64,000 nucleotides of DNA from Octopus sinensis (lineage: Eukaryota), in the NCBI RefSeq assembly GCF_006345805.1, contig NC_043005.1, positions 53,010,001 to 53,074,000 on the forward strand, written 5' to 3'. Position numbers and translations under genes: made by a program. Positions 41,478-54,780 of this stretch are shown in pieces; position 1 is the stretch's first letter, and each line of letters starts with the position of its first letter. The notes beneath the pieces are model-generated. The model saw only the letters and a program-made list of their open reading frames with translations, searched no databases and was not told where the DNA came from.

Positions 41478-42205
41478 CCTAACCACATGGTTCTAGGTTC
41501 AGTCTGGCTGCATGGCACCTTGGGCAAGTGTCTTCTACCACAATCTCAGGCAGACAAAAGCTTGTGAGTGGATTTGGTAGACGGAAACTGAAAAGAATCC
41601 CGTCGGATATATATATTCAGTTGAATATGGTACTTAAGTTAAAGGCACCAGAATTTAGTATAGTATTATCTATATAATTCAAAATGGGGGGATTAAAATC
41701 AAAATAAGCAGCAAAGATATCCAGAGGTAATGCAGTACGATTGTTTCATGTGACTCCATTTAATTAAACAATGCAAGTATTACATCAGTTTTAAAATGTA
41801 GAGCAATCTTCAGCTGCATATAAATATAGAATTTAGTTAAATTTAAAAGATTCAGTATATATATATATATATATATAATATATAATATATATAGATATAT
41901 ATATATATATATATATGTATGTGGTGTGTGTACATGTGTGTGTACTCACGCGTGTTTGTATGTGCGTGTGTGTATACATCAATGCGTGCGTCTTTGGGTC
42001 TGTGTTGGACTCCTCCCTGCTTGTCAAATGGTGTTGGTGTGTTCACGACCCCGTAACTTACCGGTTCGACAATAATAAGTACAAGGCTTAAAAAATGTCC
42101 TGGAGTCGATTTGTTGGACCAAAACGCCCCAAGGTGGTGCTCCAGCATGGCTGTAGTAAAATAACTGAAACAAATAAGAGAATAGAAGAATAAAAGAATA
42201 AAAGA
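41478..42205 (+). mobile_element. SINE family B split by a hammerhead-bearing insert
   Basis: Head/core 41478-41610, tail 41990-42205, foreign sequence 41615-41856 in the internal (TA)n. Confidence 0.75.
41730..41819 (-). ncRNA. Type I hammerhead ribozyme with large stem II
   Basis: Minus strand: stem I AUGCAG/CUGCAU; CUGAAGA; ~60-nt imperfect stem II; GAAAC-AAUC-GU-A. Lies in a ~240-bp insert (41615-41856) inside the (TA)n of a SINE. Confidence 0.62.
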
Positions 42206-42611
42206 ATGAGAGTTCGCCTCGCGACTCAAGTGTCATGCCACTGCGAAGCCTCAATTTTAATATAAATCATATAGTCTACAACTTGTATTGAGCTCGTTTT
42301 TGTCATTCACCCGACATTAAGCAACGTACGTAGATGCATGCACATACACACGCGCGCACACGCACACACACAGTAACATAGACAGACTGATAGATAGAAA
42401 GATGGACAGACAAACAGATTGATAGATAGATAAATAGCTAGATAGATCGACAAGCAGACAGGCAGACAGATAAATAAGTAGATGGATAGATAAATAGATA
42501 GATAGATAGATGGATAGATAGACAGACAGAAAGACAGATAAGCAGACAGATAGATAGATTGTATGTCTATCTATCTATCTATCTATCTAGATAGATAGAT
42601 GGACATATATA

Positions 42612-42651
<40 letters not shown>

Positions 42652-42724
42652 CATACAAACATACATACATACTTACATACATACATACAGACAGACAGAC
42701 ACGCAGACAGACAGACAGACAGAC

Positions 42725-42793
<69 letters not shown>

Positions 42794-43608
42794 TTGGAAC
42801 GAGACAAACATGTTAGGAATCCAAAAGAAAATACTCGTTAAAATGGCGTAAAATAATGCCATATAAAAAACTTATGCTGAAACTTTACAAAATGCAAACG
42901 ATTCACGTTAACAAAAGAAAACCTAGGATTTGATTAGGGTTCGTTTACAGTATTATTAAGAACTCTCTGACGTTCATCCTTTAGGGGTTGAAGAGTTAAA
43001 CAAAATTTTCGATTTATCATGACAAAAATGTTAAATAGAAGAAAAGTTGATTAATTCTCGAGAATCGGTAAAAGATAAAACGTAAAAGGTGAAACGAGAG
43101 TCACGATATTTGAGATCTCAGTTTAAAAGTAATTTTAGTTTTTACATACAATGGCGCTGAGTGTTTTACAAGTTTGCACGTGGTTTCGGGTTTCCGGTTC
43201 ACTGTCACAGCGTTGCATCTTTGACAGGTGTCTTTTATAGCCTCAGACTTACTACTTTGTCAGTACATCCAGTGCATTTGGTAGATACTGTGCAGAAGAC
43301 TGTCATTGATATATATATATATATGTACGGACGTGTGTGGATATATGTGTATATTTATGTTTATGTACGATAAAAACAGTCATATTAATGTGTGGGTTAC
43401 TCTATACTTTTGAAGAGTGCAAACTTATTTTTAAACAAGAATGATATTGTCAGTAACTTCGAAGTTTCAACCAGTACGACATTGGCTTAACTGGCCGAAA
43501 TTCGAAGTTACTATCAATAATATATATTATATAGATATAATATATATATATATATATATATAGCCACTACACATTCTTTATTTTCTTTCTTTGTTTCTTT
43601 CTGTGTTC

Positions 43609-43644
43609 CTTTCTGTGGAAGAGCGTAGGCTCGAAACGTTAAAG
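43609..43644 (+). ncRNA. Minimal hammerhead-like motif, A6U core (Penelope-like repeat tail ~43562-43736)
   Basis: CUUU-CUGUGGA-A-GAGC-guag-GCUC-GAAAC-GU-U-AAAG. Both ends in (TA)n. Confidence 0.5.
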
Positions 43645-43743
43645 ACTTTATCCCTTCCCGAGCGTTATACTAATACATCTGTTTCTTGTCTACACGACCT
43701 GCCTTCGTCTTTTGTTTCTTTTTGTGAATTCTCCCTATATATA

Positions 43744-43779
<36 letters not shown>

Positions 43780-43980
43780 TGTATGTATGTATGTATGTAT
43801 ATACTTCAAGTTCGCTTATGTGAAACGTTTTTGGTGCGCTCATAAAAGTTCTTATGCAATTTGTTCAGGCTACCGCTTATTATTCCCATCTTCAAGTGTA
43901 ATTTTATGGGAACCTTCCCATAAAAATATTATGTATTAATATTCCCCCTAAAATCATAAATATATATATATATATATATA

Positions 43981-45273
43981 CGAGGGACGTTCAATAAGTA
44001 ATGCCTCTGACCCACTTGCAGTTGTTTGATCTAGCTGAAAGTTTGCATGTGCAATCATTTATATCTTTATAGAGTAAGTGGCAAATTACAGCTCTGAACT
44101 AATTGTGGTTTCTGATTTACAGGTGTTTGAACCGAGTTAAGTGTGAAATGGAGCCTGTTGAGTGTCGAGCAGTGATCCGGTTTTTGTATTTGAAAGGACG
44201 CACACAACGGGATACTTTTGATGAAATGAAAGTAACTTATGGTGATGATGCCCCATCATATGACCTTGTAAAACGCTGGCATCGTGAATTCAAACATGGT
44301 CGGAACTCTGTGGAAACAGTTCCCAGATCTGGTCGCCCCCCTTCTGCCATTGATGAGGCATCTGTCCGTCAAGTTGAGGCTGCCATTTTGGAAGATCGAC
44401 GCATAATTATTCGCCAAATAGCCCATGAGGTCAAGATTAGTACCGGATCTGTGGAAACTATCATTCATGACCATTTGCATATGCAAAAGGTGTCTGCCAG
44501 ATGGATTCCCAGGTTGCTCACGCCTTTCCAGAAGCAAGAACGCGTCGAGTGCTCGAGGGTGAATTTGGAGATGTGCCAAGAAGATGAGTCAAAATTTTTC
44601 AAAAGACTGATTACACAGGATGAAACCTGGGTCCATCACGATGATCCAGAGACCAAAGCCCAGTCAATGCAGTGGAAGCACCGTGACTCACCCCCTCCAA
44701 AGAAGGCAAGGGTGCAGCCCTCCGCTGGCAAGGTCATGCTCACAGTCTTCTGGGACCAGAACGGAGTAGTGATGACAGATTTCCTAGCAAAGGGTACCAC
44801 AATTGCAGGAGCCTATTATGCTTCACTTTTGAGGAAATTAAGAGAAGTTATCAAAATCAACAGGCGGGGCAAGATCAGCAAAGGCATCCTCCTCCTGCAG
44901 GACAACGCTCCGGTCCACAACTCGCTTGTCGCCAGATCAGAAGCACAGGCGTATGGCTATGAACTCCTCCCCATTCCCCCCTACTTTCCTGACCTTGCAC
45001 CCTCTGATTTTCACCTCTTCCCAATCATGAAGTTGTTTTTGAAAGGAAAGCGTTTCCCAGATGATGCAGCCTTGATTTCTGAAGTCACGTTGAGGTTGGA
45101 GGACCAAGCTGGGTTCTTCTACAAAAACGGTCTCCAGAGCCGCATCAAACGATGGGAGAAATACGTAACTCTGGGTGGTTCCTATGTAGAAAAAGACTAA
45201 TAACTGTGCCAAGTTTCGTTGCTCTACTGCTATGGGAAGTGGGTCAGGGGCATTACTTATTGAACTCCCCTCG
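43981..45273 (+). mobile_element. Full-length mariner (Tc1/mariner, DD34D) DNA transposon, 1293 bp
   Basis: 37-bp TIRs at 43981-44017 (cgagggacgttcaataagtaatgcctctgacccactt) and 45237-45273, 34/37 identical. Flanked by TA within a (TA)n tract. Encloses one long transposase ORF. Confidence 0.97.
44148..45200 (+). CDS. Mariner transposase, 350 aa, uninterrupted ORF
   Basis: First ATG at 44148 (MEPVECRAV...). N-terminal HTH region, WIPRLL linker (WVPHEL-like), ITQDETW, LLQDNAPVH and PPYFPDLAPSDFHLF motifs. 34 residues between the 2nd and 3rd catalytic Asp. Confidence 0.95.
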   Translation: MEPVECRAVIRFLYLKGRTQRDTFDEMKVTYGDDAPSYDLVKRWHREFKHGRNSVETVPRSGRPPSAIDEASVRQVEAAILEDRRIIIRQIAHEVKISTGSVETIIHDHLHMQKVSARWIPRLLTPFQKQERVECSRVNLEMCQEDESKFFKRLITQDETWVHHDDPETKAQSMQWKHRDSPPPKKARVQPSAGKVMLTVFWDQNGVVMTDFLAKGTTIAGAYYASLLRKLREVIKINRRGKISKGILLLQDNAPVHNSLVARSEAQAYGYELLPIPPYFPDLAPSDFHLFPIMKLFLKGKRFPDDAALISEVTLRLEDQAGFFYKNGLQSRIKRWEKYVTLGGSYVEKD

Positions 45274-45302
<29 letters not shown>

Positions 45303-45311
<9 letters not shown>

Positions 45312-45790
45312 GATGTATGTATGTATTTATATATGTATGTATATGTGCACACACTCGTATATGTGCATATGCATACTTGAGTCACATTACTTGCCAACCT
45401 GCATAGCTTTGTTGACGTCTCCGTAGCTAAACGGTTCTGTCAAAAGAAAAAAAATGTGTGGTTCCCTTTGTTTTAATGAAAAATTCTGTTTCCGCTCGAC
45501 AATAACTGGGTGAAACAGTCTTTTGAAATACTTTGGCAATAACTTCTTGCAGCTTTCGATGTCGTTTTGAACTACAAGTAACATTACAAATTTCTCTTTA
45601 GTAAAAAGTATATAGGCTGTTCACAACTATCAAAAGACGAATAATTTTGGCCTCCAGGTTACAATGTGAATCCTTAAACAATTCGAAAATCTTCTGTTAG
45701 TAAAACGAGAGAGAATTTACCTACAAGGCAATCGAGTTGCAAATTACTGTTTTGCAGAGCTCTGAGATAATGTTCATTCGTCTTGACAGT

Positions 45791-45884
<94 letters not shown>

Positions 45885-46172
45885 GCGACGACTACAACAA
45901 TAACAACCGGAACAAGAAAAAGAACAATAACAGCAACAATAATAACATTTTATCTTTTACTTGTCTCTCAGTCATTAGACTATGGCCATGCTGGGGCTCC
46001 GCTTTAATGAATTTTAATCAAATGAAACGATGAAAGTGCTTTTTCGTAAAAAAATCTTAATTCTATCACTCACTTTCGCCGAACCGCTAGGTTATGGGGA
46101 CGGGGACACACCAACACCGATTGTCAAGCTGACACACATGCAAATATACACGCACAAAAGCTTCCCCACCAA

Positions 46173-46232
<60 letters not shown>

Positions 46233-46728
46233 ATATATATGTATATATAGATGTATGTATGTATTTATATATGTATGTATATGTGCACACACTCGTATAT
46301 GTGCATATGCATACTTGAGTCACATTACTTGCCAACCTGCATAGCTTTGTTGACGTCTCCGTAGCTAAACGGTTCTGTCAAAAGAAAAAAAATGTGTGGT
46401 TCCCTTTGTTTTAATGAAAAATTCTGTTTCCGCTCGACAATAACTGGTGAAACAGTCTTTTGAAATACTTTGGCAATAACTTCTTGCAGCTTTCGATGTC
46501 GTTTTGAACTACAAGTAACATTACAAATTTCTCTTTAGTAAAAAGTATATAGGCTGTTCACAACTATCAAAAGACGAATAATTTTGGCCTCCAGGTTACA
46601 ATGTGAATCCTTAAACAATTCGAAAATCTTCTGTTAGTAAAACGAGAGAGAATTTACCTACAAGGCAATCGAGTTGCAAATTACTGTTTTGCAGAGCTCT
46701 GAGATAATGTTCATTCGTCTTGACATGT

Positions 46729-46822
<94 letters not shown>

Positions 46823-47107
46823 GCGACGACTACAACAATAACAACCGGAACAAGAAAAAGAACAATAACAGCAACAATAATAACATTTTATCTTTTACTT
46901 GTCTCTCAGTCATTAGACTATGGCCATGCTGGGGCTCCGCTTTAATGAATTTTAATCAAATGAAACGATGAAAGTGCTTTTTCGTAAAAAAAATCTTAAT
47001 TCTATCACTCACTTCGCCGAACCGCTAGGTTATGGGGACGGGGACACACCAACACCGATTGTCAAGCTGACACACATGCAAATATACACGCACAAAAGCT
47101 TCCCCAC

Positions 47108-47112
<5 letters not shown>
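45303..47112. repeat. Tandem duplication, period 938 bp; each unit has (CAG)n(CAA)n and a SINE B tail
   Basis: gtatatatagatgtatgt at 45303 and 46241. Outside the TA runs, the differences I saw are 1-bp indels. Confidence 0.92.
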
Positions 47113-47177
<65 letters not shown>

Positions 47178-47298
47178 ACAGGCTTCTTTCAGTTCTCGTC
47201 TGCCAAATCCAGTAGTAGAAGACACTTGGCAAGGTGACACGCAATAGGACAGAAATATACAACCATATAATGATAATAATATTAATAATAATGATAAT

Positions 47299-47365
<67 letters not shown>

Positions 47366-47555
47366 TTTAAAACAAACACTATTTTCTTATGGTATCTTAA
47401 ACATTCACTAGTACAACACTAAGTACAAAACCAAATATATGGCACCCTAGGCATAACACCAACATGAACTTCCAACTTGTTGTATCTTGAGGTCTCTGGG
47501 TGAGACTTGGAGCCAACTTGCACAAATGTAAAGCAAAAGTCAAACATAAAATGAA
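47366..47555 (+). mobile_element. R4/Dong-like LINE 3'UTR fragment in (AAT)n
   Basis: Matches 3235-3420; (AAT)n on both sides. Confidence 0.8.
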
Positions 47556-47604
<49 letters not shown>

Positions 47605-48349
47605 TAATAATAATAATAATAATAATAGTGGTGATTTCAAATTTTGGCACAGAGACAGCAGTTTTGAAGAGAGGAGCTGTTAGCTAATAACATCGACTCC
47701 AGTACTTGACTGGTATATGTGTTATCGACTTCGAAATGACTGAAAGGCATAACTGGTCTCGGCTGGATTTGAACCTAGAATGTCAAGGTCCGGTACAAAT
47801 CTCTCAAAGCGACATATTCCAACGCTAACAACTCTGCCAACTAACAACAACATCATCATCATCATCATCATCAACAACAACCAGGTAAAGTAAAAGAACA
47901 TCAAAAATAAGCACCACTGGATACCAAAATCGATAAGAGCAACAAAAACATCATCAACAACAACAACAACAACAGCAGCAGCAGCAACAACAACAACAGC
48001 AACAACAAACAAAATCAACAGCGATGACAGACACATTTTCTTTAATCTTCAAAATATGCTTCATCTTTGTTCCATGCTGCTGTTTACATCTGCCGAATGA
48101 ACAACGAATATAAGTACCACAACCGACCACGATCTCAACAACAACAACAAAAACAACAACAGCAGCGACAATAACAACAACAGCAACAACAGCAAAAAAC
48201 AATAAGATATTAGGAATGTAACGACGTCAACAAGCAGCACCGGTGTCAAACACAACACGGAAACAGTAACAGCAGCGACAGCAAAACAGCAGCATCGGGG
48301 ACAACAACAACAACGACAACGACGACAACGACAACGATGATATCGGCCA

Positions 48350-48549
48350 ATTATAATAATAATAATAATAACAATAATAATAATAATAATAATGATAATA
48401 ATAATAATAATAATATAATAATAATAATAATAATAATTATAATGATGATGATGATGATAATAATAATAATAATAATAATAAATAATAATAATAATAATAA
48501 TAAATTAATAATAATAATAACAATAATAATAATAATAATAATAATGATG

Positions 48550-48601
<52 letters not shown>

Positions 48602-48753
48602 TGATGATGATGATAATAATGATAATAATAATAATAATAAAATTAATAATAATAAATAATAATAATAATAATAATGATGATAATAATAATAATAATGATA
48701 ATAATAATGATAATAATAATAATAATAATAATAATAAAATAATAATAATAATA

Positions 48754-48785
<32 letters not shown>
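48350..48785. repeat. Long (AAT)n/(GAT)n microsatellite, representative of the many simple repeats in the window
   Basis: Directly visible. Confidence 0.95.
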
Positions 48786-49312
48786 TGCAATACCAGGCAG
48801 TGGCTCTCATGACTTCTGATCTTAACTGATATCATGTGCATTGTTATGTCTTGGTATAAAAGATGAGCTACAGCAAATATTCTGCTCAATGCCACAGATT
48901 TGCTTGTTAGTTGTTTGACCATAACCAGTTGACCATGTCCCTTAGTGGTTGACGATATGTGCATCTTTGATCACGAGCAGAAGTAGTTGGGGAGCATCAT
49001 AGTCATTGTGTTGAGAGGGATTCTTTGGGGTTTGAATAATTCACTTCTGGAAACATGGGTGTTTCGTTCAACATCCTTAAACAACCCTTATTCAGGGACC
49101 TTTTGAGCGGGGTGGGTTACTATACCAGAAGAAAATTCTAACTGGGCCCCACCTGCAAAGTCATGTGCTGTTTATCTTGATATGAGATCACCATGTTGCG
49201 CACATATGGTTGTGATGCATATGCCTAGTGTACCCTTATCAGATGGGTAGTCATGATGGTTATACTGAGCTTCGTATATTTTACTCCAGTGACACTTGAA
49301 TGGCATACACTC
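48786..49312. repeat. Interspersed repeat, unclassified, in (AAT)n
   Basis: First ~220 bp match 3488-3720. Confidence 0.7.
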
Positions 49313-49331
49313 AATAATGATGATGATGATG

Positions 49332-49372
<41 letters not shown>

Positions 49373-49397
49373 TAATAATAATAATGATAATAATAAT

Positions 49398-49775
49398 AAT
49401 TGTTATTCATGGATGACCTCAAACTTTATGCTGTAGATGAATCCCAAGTCAGTTTCCTCGTTGTCACGGTGTATATTTTCAGTGCTGATATCAGAATTGA
49501 GCTCGGACTGAAAAAATGTGGGGTGTTAGCCTTGAAGAGAAGCAAAATCAAATTTATGGACAGGCTAGTGATATTGTCAGGGGAGGTTATGAAGCAGATA
49601 GAAGGACGAGCTAGAAGTATTTGGGGATATTGGAAATGAGTAAATTGGTGGAGAAAAAATGATACAAAAATTTAAGGTGGAGAACTTGCGCAGACCGAGA
49701 CTGATCCTTGAGTCGAAATTAAGCGGACGGAATAAGATTGAAGCTATCAATCCTGGGTGGTTTTACTCCTTATAT
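49398..49775 (+). mobile_element. R4/Dong-like reverse transcriptase fragment
   Basis: LFMDDLKLYA..FSADIRIELGLKKCGVL, with frameshifts; starts at (AAT)n. Confidence 0.8.
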
Positions 49776-49919
49776 ATCGAAAATTCAATGGCAAACTAGA
49801 AAGCCAGTATAATATTGAAAAATGTATCACAAGTCATTGAAACCTGCCCTATACCCATCAGAAAAGGAATCTTCTGCAACCTCTGGTTTTCTGTATTTCT
49901 CTGACCCTGCCAACAGACT

Positions 49920-51800
49920 TGTTAAATGACACCCTCATGGGTTATAGATGCTATGGATAAACATCCTGTACATGGATGATTAATAAATTTCCACGAAAAA
50001 TTCCACGGAACAGAGAAACCTAAAAGTTGTCCATAGTTTCAACAAGGATATCAGGATGAGCATGGGGCTGGACAAATGTGCCGAAGTGACACTGAAAAGA
50101 GGCAAATTAATCAGCACTGAAAACACTGCACTCGATAGAGACACAGAAATCTGAGAATTAGACGACAATCGCCCACACAAATATCTAGGAATAGACGAAA
50201 CAGCTAAAATACAACACCCAGAAATGATAGAAAAAATTAGGAGAGATTATTAAAGAAGATTTACATTAATATTAAGCGATGAGCTCAATGCTAAAATAAG
50301 ATAATAGGGATAAACCCGCAAGCTACACCAGTCATAAATTACTGCTTCAACATAATATACTGGAAGATCGATGAATTGAGAAACTTAGATAGAAAACTAG
50401 AAAACTATTAACAGCATACCGAAGACACCACCCCAAAGTAGATGTTGACAGAATATATCTACCCCGGTCAGAAGGAGGCCGTGACCTGATACAGATAGAG
50501 AACTATAAAATATCAACAGTTGAACTAGAAAAGTACTTAGAAACAAAAAGTGGAGGACTACATGTAATAAAGCAACACAAGAAATAAAAAGAGAAAACGC
50601 TTTTCTCTATACACAATGAGACAAAATAAAGCTTGAAACAACTTTCGCTGATACACAGATCTCAAATAAATAATACAGCAGAAATGGTCCAAGAGACAAA
50701 AACAACATGAAAGCTCAGCTAATAAGCATACTAAAGAAGAAATGGAAAGAAAAATCACTTCACAGCCAGTACCCTTCAAGATTGACAGAGAAGAAGTGAA
50801 CCTAAGTAAAAACCAATAATGGCTCAAAAGCACTGGGCTAAATGCTGAAACGAAAGACTGATTCTCGTTGTATAAAACCGATGTGTGATTACGAACAACT
50901 ATAAAAGCTAAAATAATGAAAACAAACCCTAACACCAAATGCAGAATGGGTAACCGGCACAATAAGACAGTTGACTACATCATCTCTGGCTATTCAGTCC
51001 TTGCCAAATCTGAATATATATAGACATGACCGAGTTAAGCAGTCATATCCACTGGACAATATGTCAACACAGCAACATAACAACTGACAAGAAATGGTAT
51101 AAACATGTGCAAAAGAAGGTACAAGACAATGACCAGGCCACAACCATCTGGGATATGCCTATTCAAACCGATAATGAAATAAAATCTAATCACCCAGATA
51201 TAAGAATAAAAAAATCGGCATCCCCGCCTGCTTACTGAAAGATATTGAAATTATTTCTGACCGAAATACTGTCCAGAAAGACGCGGAGAAATTGTCAAAG
51301 TACAAAAACATCGAAATTGAAGTATTCAAGATGTGGGACATGAAAGTGAAAATACCAGTAATAACTGGAGCATTGGACATGATAAAAAGACATTGAAACA
51401 AAACCGTAGAAGCTCTACCCGGGTCCTCAACACTACATACTATCCCAAAAATAAAACAGCCCTGCTAGGAACAACCCACATCCCACGGAAGATACTATCA
51501 TTTCAATAATACAACCCAAACAAAACAATCCACAAACAGAAGATACTCTATATAGCAAATATCCAATAAAATAAACAACCACCAGCAGGTTTCCTGCCCA
51601 ACGCATTACACAGACAACACCCAATACGAACACTAATACAACAGAAGACTGCACCAGAACCCATAACAAAAGAAACTCACGCCATATAATGCCGGGAATA
51701 TTTCGCAGTCCCCCAACAATAAAATAGAACACATAGTATTGCACACACCTCCGCAACACGGAGGTGTAACAAATGATGCCGTGGAATTCGCCTGAAGCTA
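49920..51800 (+). mobile_element. Degenerate R4/Dong-like LINE (RT, zinc knuckle, RLE, 3'UTR)
   Basis: ILYMDD, FNKDIRM..GLDKCA, KYLGI, HHPKVDVDRIYLPRSEGGR, IHWTICQH..WYKH..IWDMPIQTD..NHPD. Many stops and frameshifts. Followed by (GAT)n/(AAT)n. Confidence 0.85.
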
Positions 51801-51868
51801 CCAAATGTTGAATAATGATGACGATGACAATGATGACGACGACGACGATGATGATGACGATGATGATA

Positions 51869-51950
<82 letters not shown>

Positions 51951-53439
51951 TAATAATAATAATAATAATAATAATAATTATAATAATTATAATAATAATG
52001 ATGATGATAATAATAATAACGGATTGCAGTTAAAAGGAAATAAAAGCAATAACAATGACAGCCATATTCTGAAACAGTAGTAGCGACAACAACAACAACA
52101 TTAACACACAAACAAAAAAACAACAACTGCAACTGCAAAAATAAGTCAACAGCAATGACAGTTAAGTGCGAAAACCACAAGCAACAAACAGCAAGAACAA
52201 CATCATAAAACTTCAGCTAGATGCAGTGACATGAGCAACAATATGACAGCCGATTTACAATAGCAGCAACAACAACAATAACAACAACGACAGCAATTGC
52301 TATAACAGCAAAAGCGCAAAACAAAAAGTTATAATAAAGAACAACAAAAACACATGTAGCTGTTAAGTGCAGTGACATTAATAACAACAACAACAACAAC
52401 AACAACAAGTAGCGCGACAGTGACAATTCATTGCTATAATAACGAATAACAATATGAACTAAATACAATAGCCATGTCAACAAAAACAGCAATAATAACC
52501 AGAAATGTAGTTGCAATGACAGCAAAAGGATTATGGTGAGGGTAGTGGTTGGGGACAGTACAGAGCAATAAGCATAACATCATTAAGAGCAGTAGCAGCA
52601 GCAGAAGCGACAGTGGTAGTAGTAGTAGCGGCGGCAGCATTAAGAGAAACAACAACAAAAACAGTTAAAGAAGTATTACATTAACAACCAACAGTTTTGA
52701 AAACGATAAACACCACCAATAACAACGAAATATACACCAATACCGATAGGGCAACGGGTAATGATTCACAAAATAAGTGTTATAATTCTAGAAAGACATT
52801 TACGTGTATTTAAGCCAATCATCTCAGTAAGAGGGCATTAAAATTCAGAGTGAAAAACAATGAAGTTAAATAGATTTGGAAAGCTTCACCTGATCCGCCT
52901 TCCCCATCACCTTTTACCGACCAATTTCTAGGCCAACCAACCAACCAACCAATGGATAAAGCATAACGGAAGGTGTCACACCACCACCACCACCACTACC
53001 ACCGCCAGCCAGTGTATGTAACCTAACCGATCATCTGTCAGCCGTCACCAACCATTCACCACAAGAATGTGTTAGAGTTTATGCGCTAGCTGTTGTGAAG
53101 AGATATGGCGGATCTTTAATTTAATTCCTTCGCTATTAAAGCCCTGCCAAAATATTTGAACTGAACACATCGTAAAATAGTAAATAACTGTTGGAATGAA
53201 AGAACAATTGTTTGATGCAGTTAAACATCAAATGGGCTTTGTGTAAGACATGACAACGAAATTATATCTTCATTGATTGGGTTTAGTTGGTTTCTTAACT
53301 AAACCATTATTTTTGATGTTGTTTAACCGCAGGTCAGCCTTGATCACGCAGATCTATGAGAGGAAAAAAGATTCTATGAAATATATCCATTTCATCTCTG
53401 AGTATTTTAGTTACGGATTTCAATTGTCCAATATTGACT

Positions 53440-54069
53440 TCAAATTTTGGCACAAGGCCAGCGGTTTCAGGGATGAAGTACGTCCATACTGCCCCCCCCC
53501 CCCGCCAACCACCACCAGTACTGTACTTACTGGTACCTATTTTATCGACTCAGAAAAGATGAAAGGTAAAGTCGGCCTCGGCGGAATTTGAACTGAGAAC
53601 GTAAAAAATAGACTAAATGCCTCTAAGCATTTCGCCCGGCGTGCTAACGATTCTTATTTCTTTACTGCCCACAACGGGCTACACACAGAAGGGACAAACA
53701 AGGACAGACAAAGGGATTAGGCCGATTACATCGACCCCAGTGCGTAACTGGTACATAATTTATCGACCCCGAAAGGATGAAAGGATGAAAGTGGACCTCG
53801 GCGGAATTTGAACTCAGAACGTAGCGGCAGACGAAATACCTATTTCTTTACTACCCACAAGAGGCTAAACACAGAGGGGACAAACAAGAACAGACAAACG
53901 AATTAAGTCGATTACATCAACCCCAGTGCGTAACTGGTACTTAATTTATCGACTCCGAAAGGATGAAAGGCAAAGTGGACCTCGGTGGAATTTGAACTCA
54001 GAACGTAGCGGCAGACGAAATACCGCTAAGCATTTCGCCCGGCGTGCTAACGTTTCTGCCAGCTGGCCG
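53440..54069 (-). mobile_element. SINE family A cluster (older copy + young dimer)
   Basis: Three family-A cores in tandem. Confidence 0.88.
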
Positions 54070-54119
54070 CCTTTCTGCTGTCGAGTATTACCTATAATGT
54101 TGTTTGCCTATAATGTTTG

Positions 54120-54780
54120 CTGCCTAGCTTCAGGTCAGCCCATTCGTGCAGATATAGGAGAAAACGCATTTCAAACTGTGTCCAGCCCGTCTCTTTCTAT
54201 ATTTAGGGACCTTTATTGCGCAATATGGACTATAATACTATTGTTCGTAGTTTAGTATCAGTCATGTTCAGGCTGGTCTCTCAGAATAAGGCATTTAAAC
54301 GATGTCCATTCTTTCAGTGTATTTACGAATCTCTAATGCTGTTGTTTGTTGTGTAATCTAAGTCATCTGTCATTGAACAGGTTATGAAAGAAAGGTATTC
54401 AATTTCCTACGTCTATCTCGCTTCACAGTGTAATTAAAGACTTCTGTCCAAAGTATATTTTTTCTTCTTTTGTTTTTACTTAAGTCGGCTGTGATGATTT
54501 GAGGATGGTTTTGCTGTTACTTCTAGCACGTTCAATAGTCACGACGCGGCTCTCCCCTTGGCTGATGTGGAAGGCTGTTGTTGTTGTTACGTTCTAGGTG
54601 AGCTAGAATGTGTTGATCTAAGATCAAAAGCGTCCCAGACCTAATGATTCCAACATGATTTCGTGCATTGTATATCAGATTATATTATCCAGCATGTTCA
54701 AACATTTTGCAACAATATGGTTGCGCATGTGAAGTTTTCCAGACGTGACCATTCCGTTTACGTATCGTGTGCCAGGATAT
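54120..54780 (+). repeat. Ancient degenerate interspersed repeat, several fragments
   Basis: aggtcagcc..gcagat..atcaaa..ttcca..gtgacca and gatttgagg..ttt.gctg.ta.ttctagca modules also seen at ~17445, 24500-24660, 31570-31740 (minus) and 53322. Confidence 0.5.

Noticed and set aside
44103-44147. ORF-track TTG start for the transposase (365 aa)
   Set aside because: Eukaryotic element; ATG at 44148 gives the typical ~350-aa mariner protein.
45790-45900. (CAG)n(CAA)n as a polyglutamine exon (also 46730, 47950-48340)
   Set aside because: No splice context or flanking coding sequence; adjacent to SINE tails.
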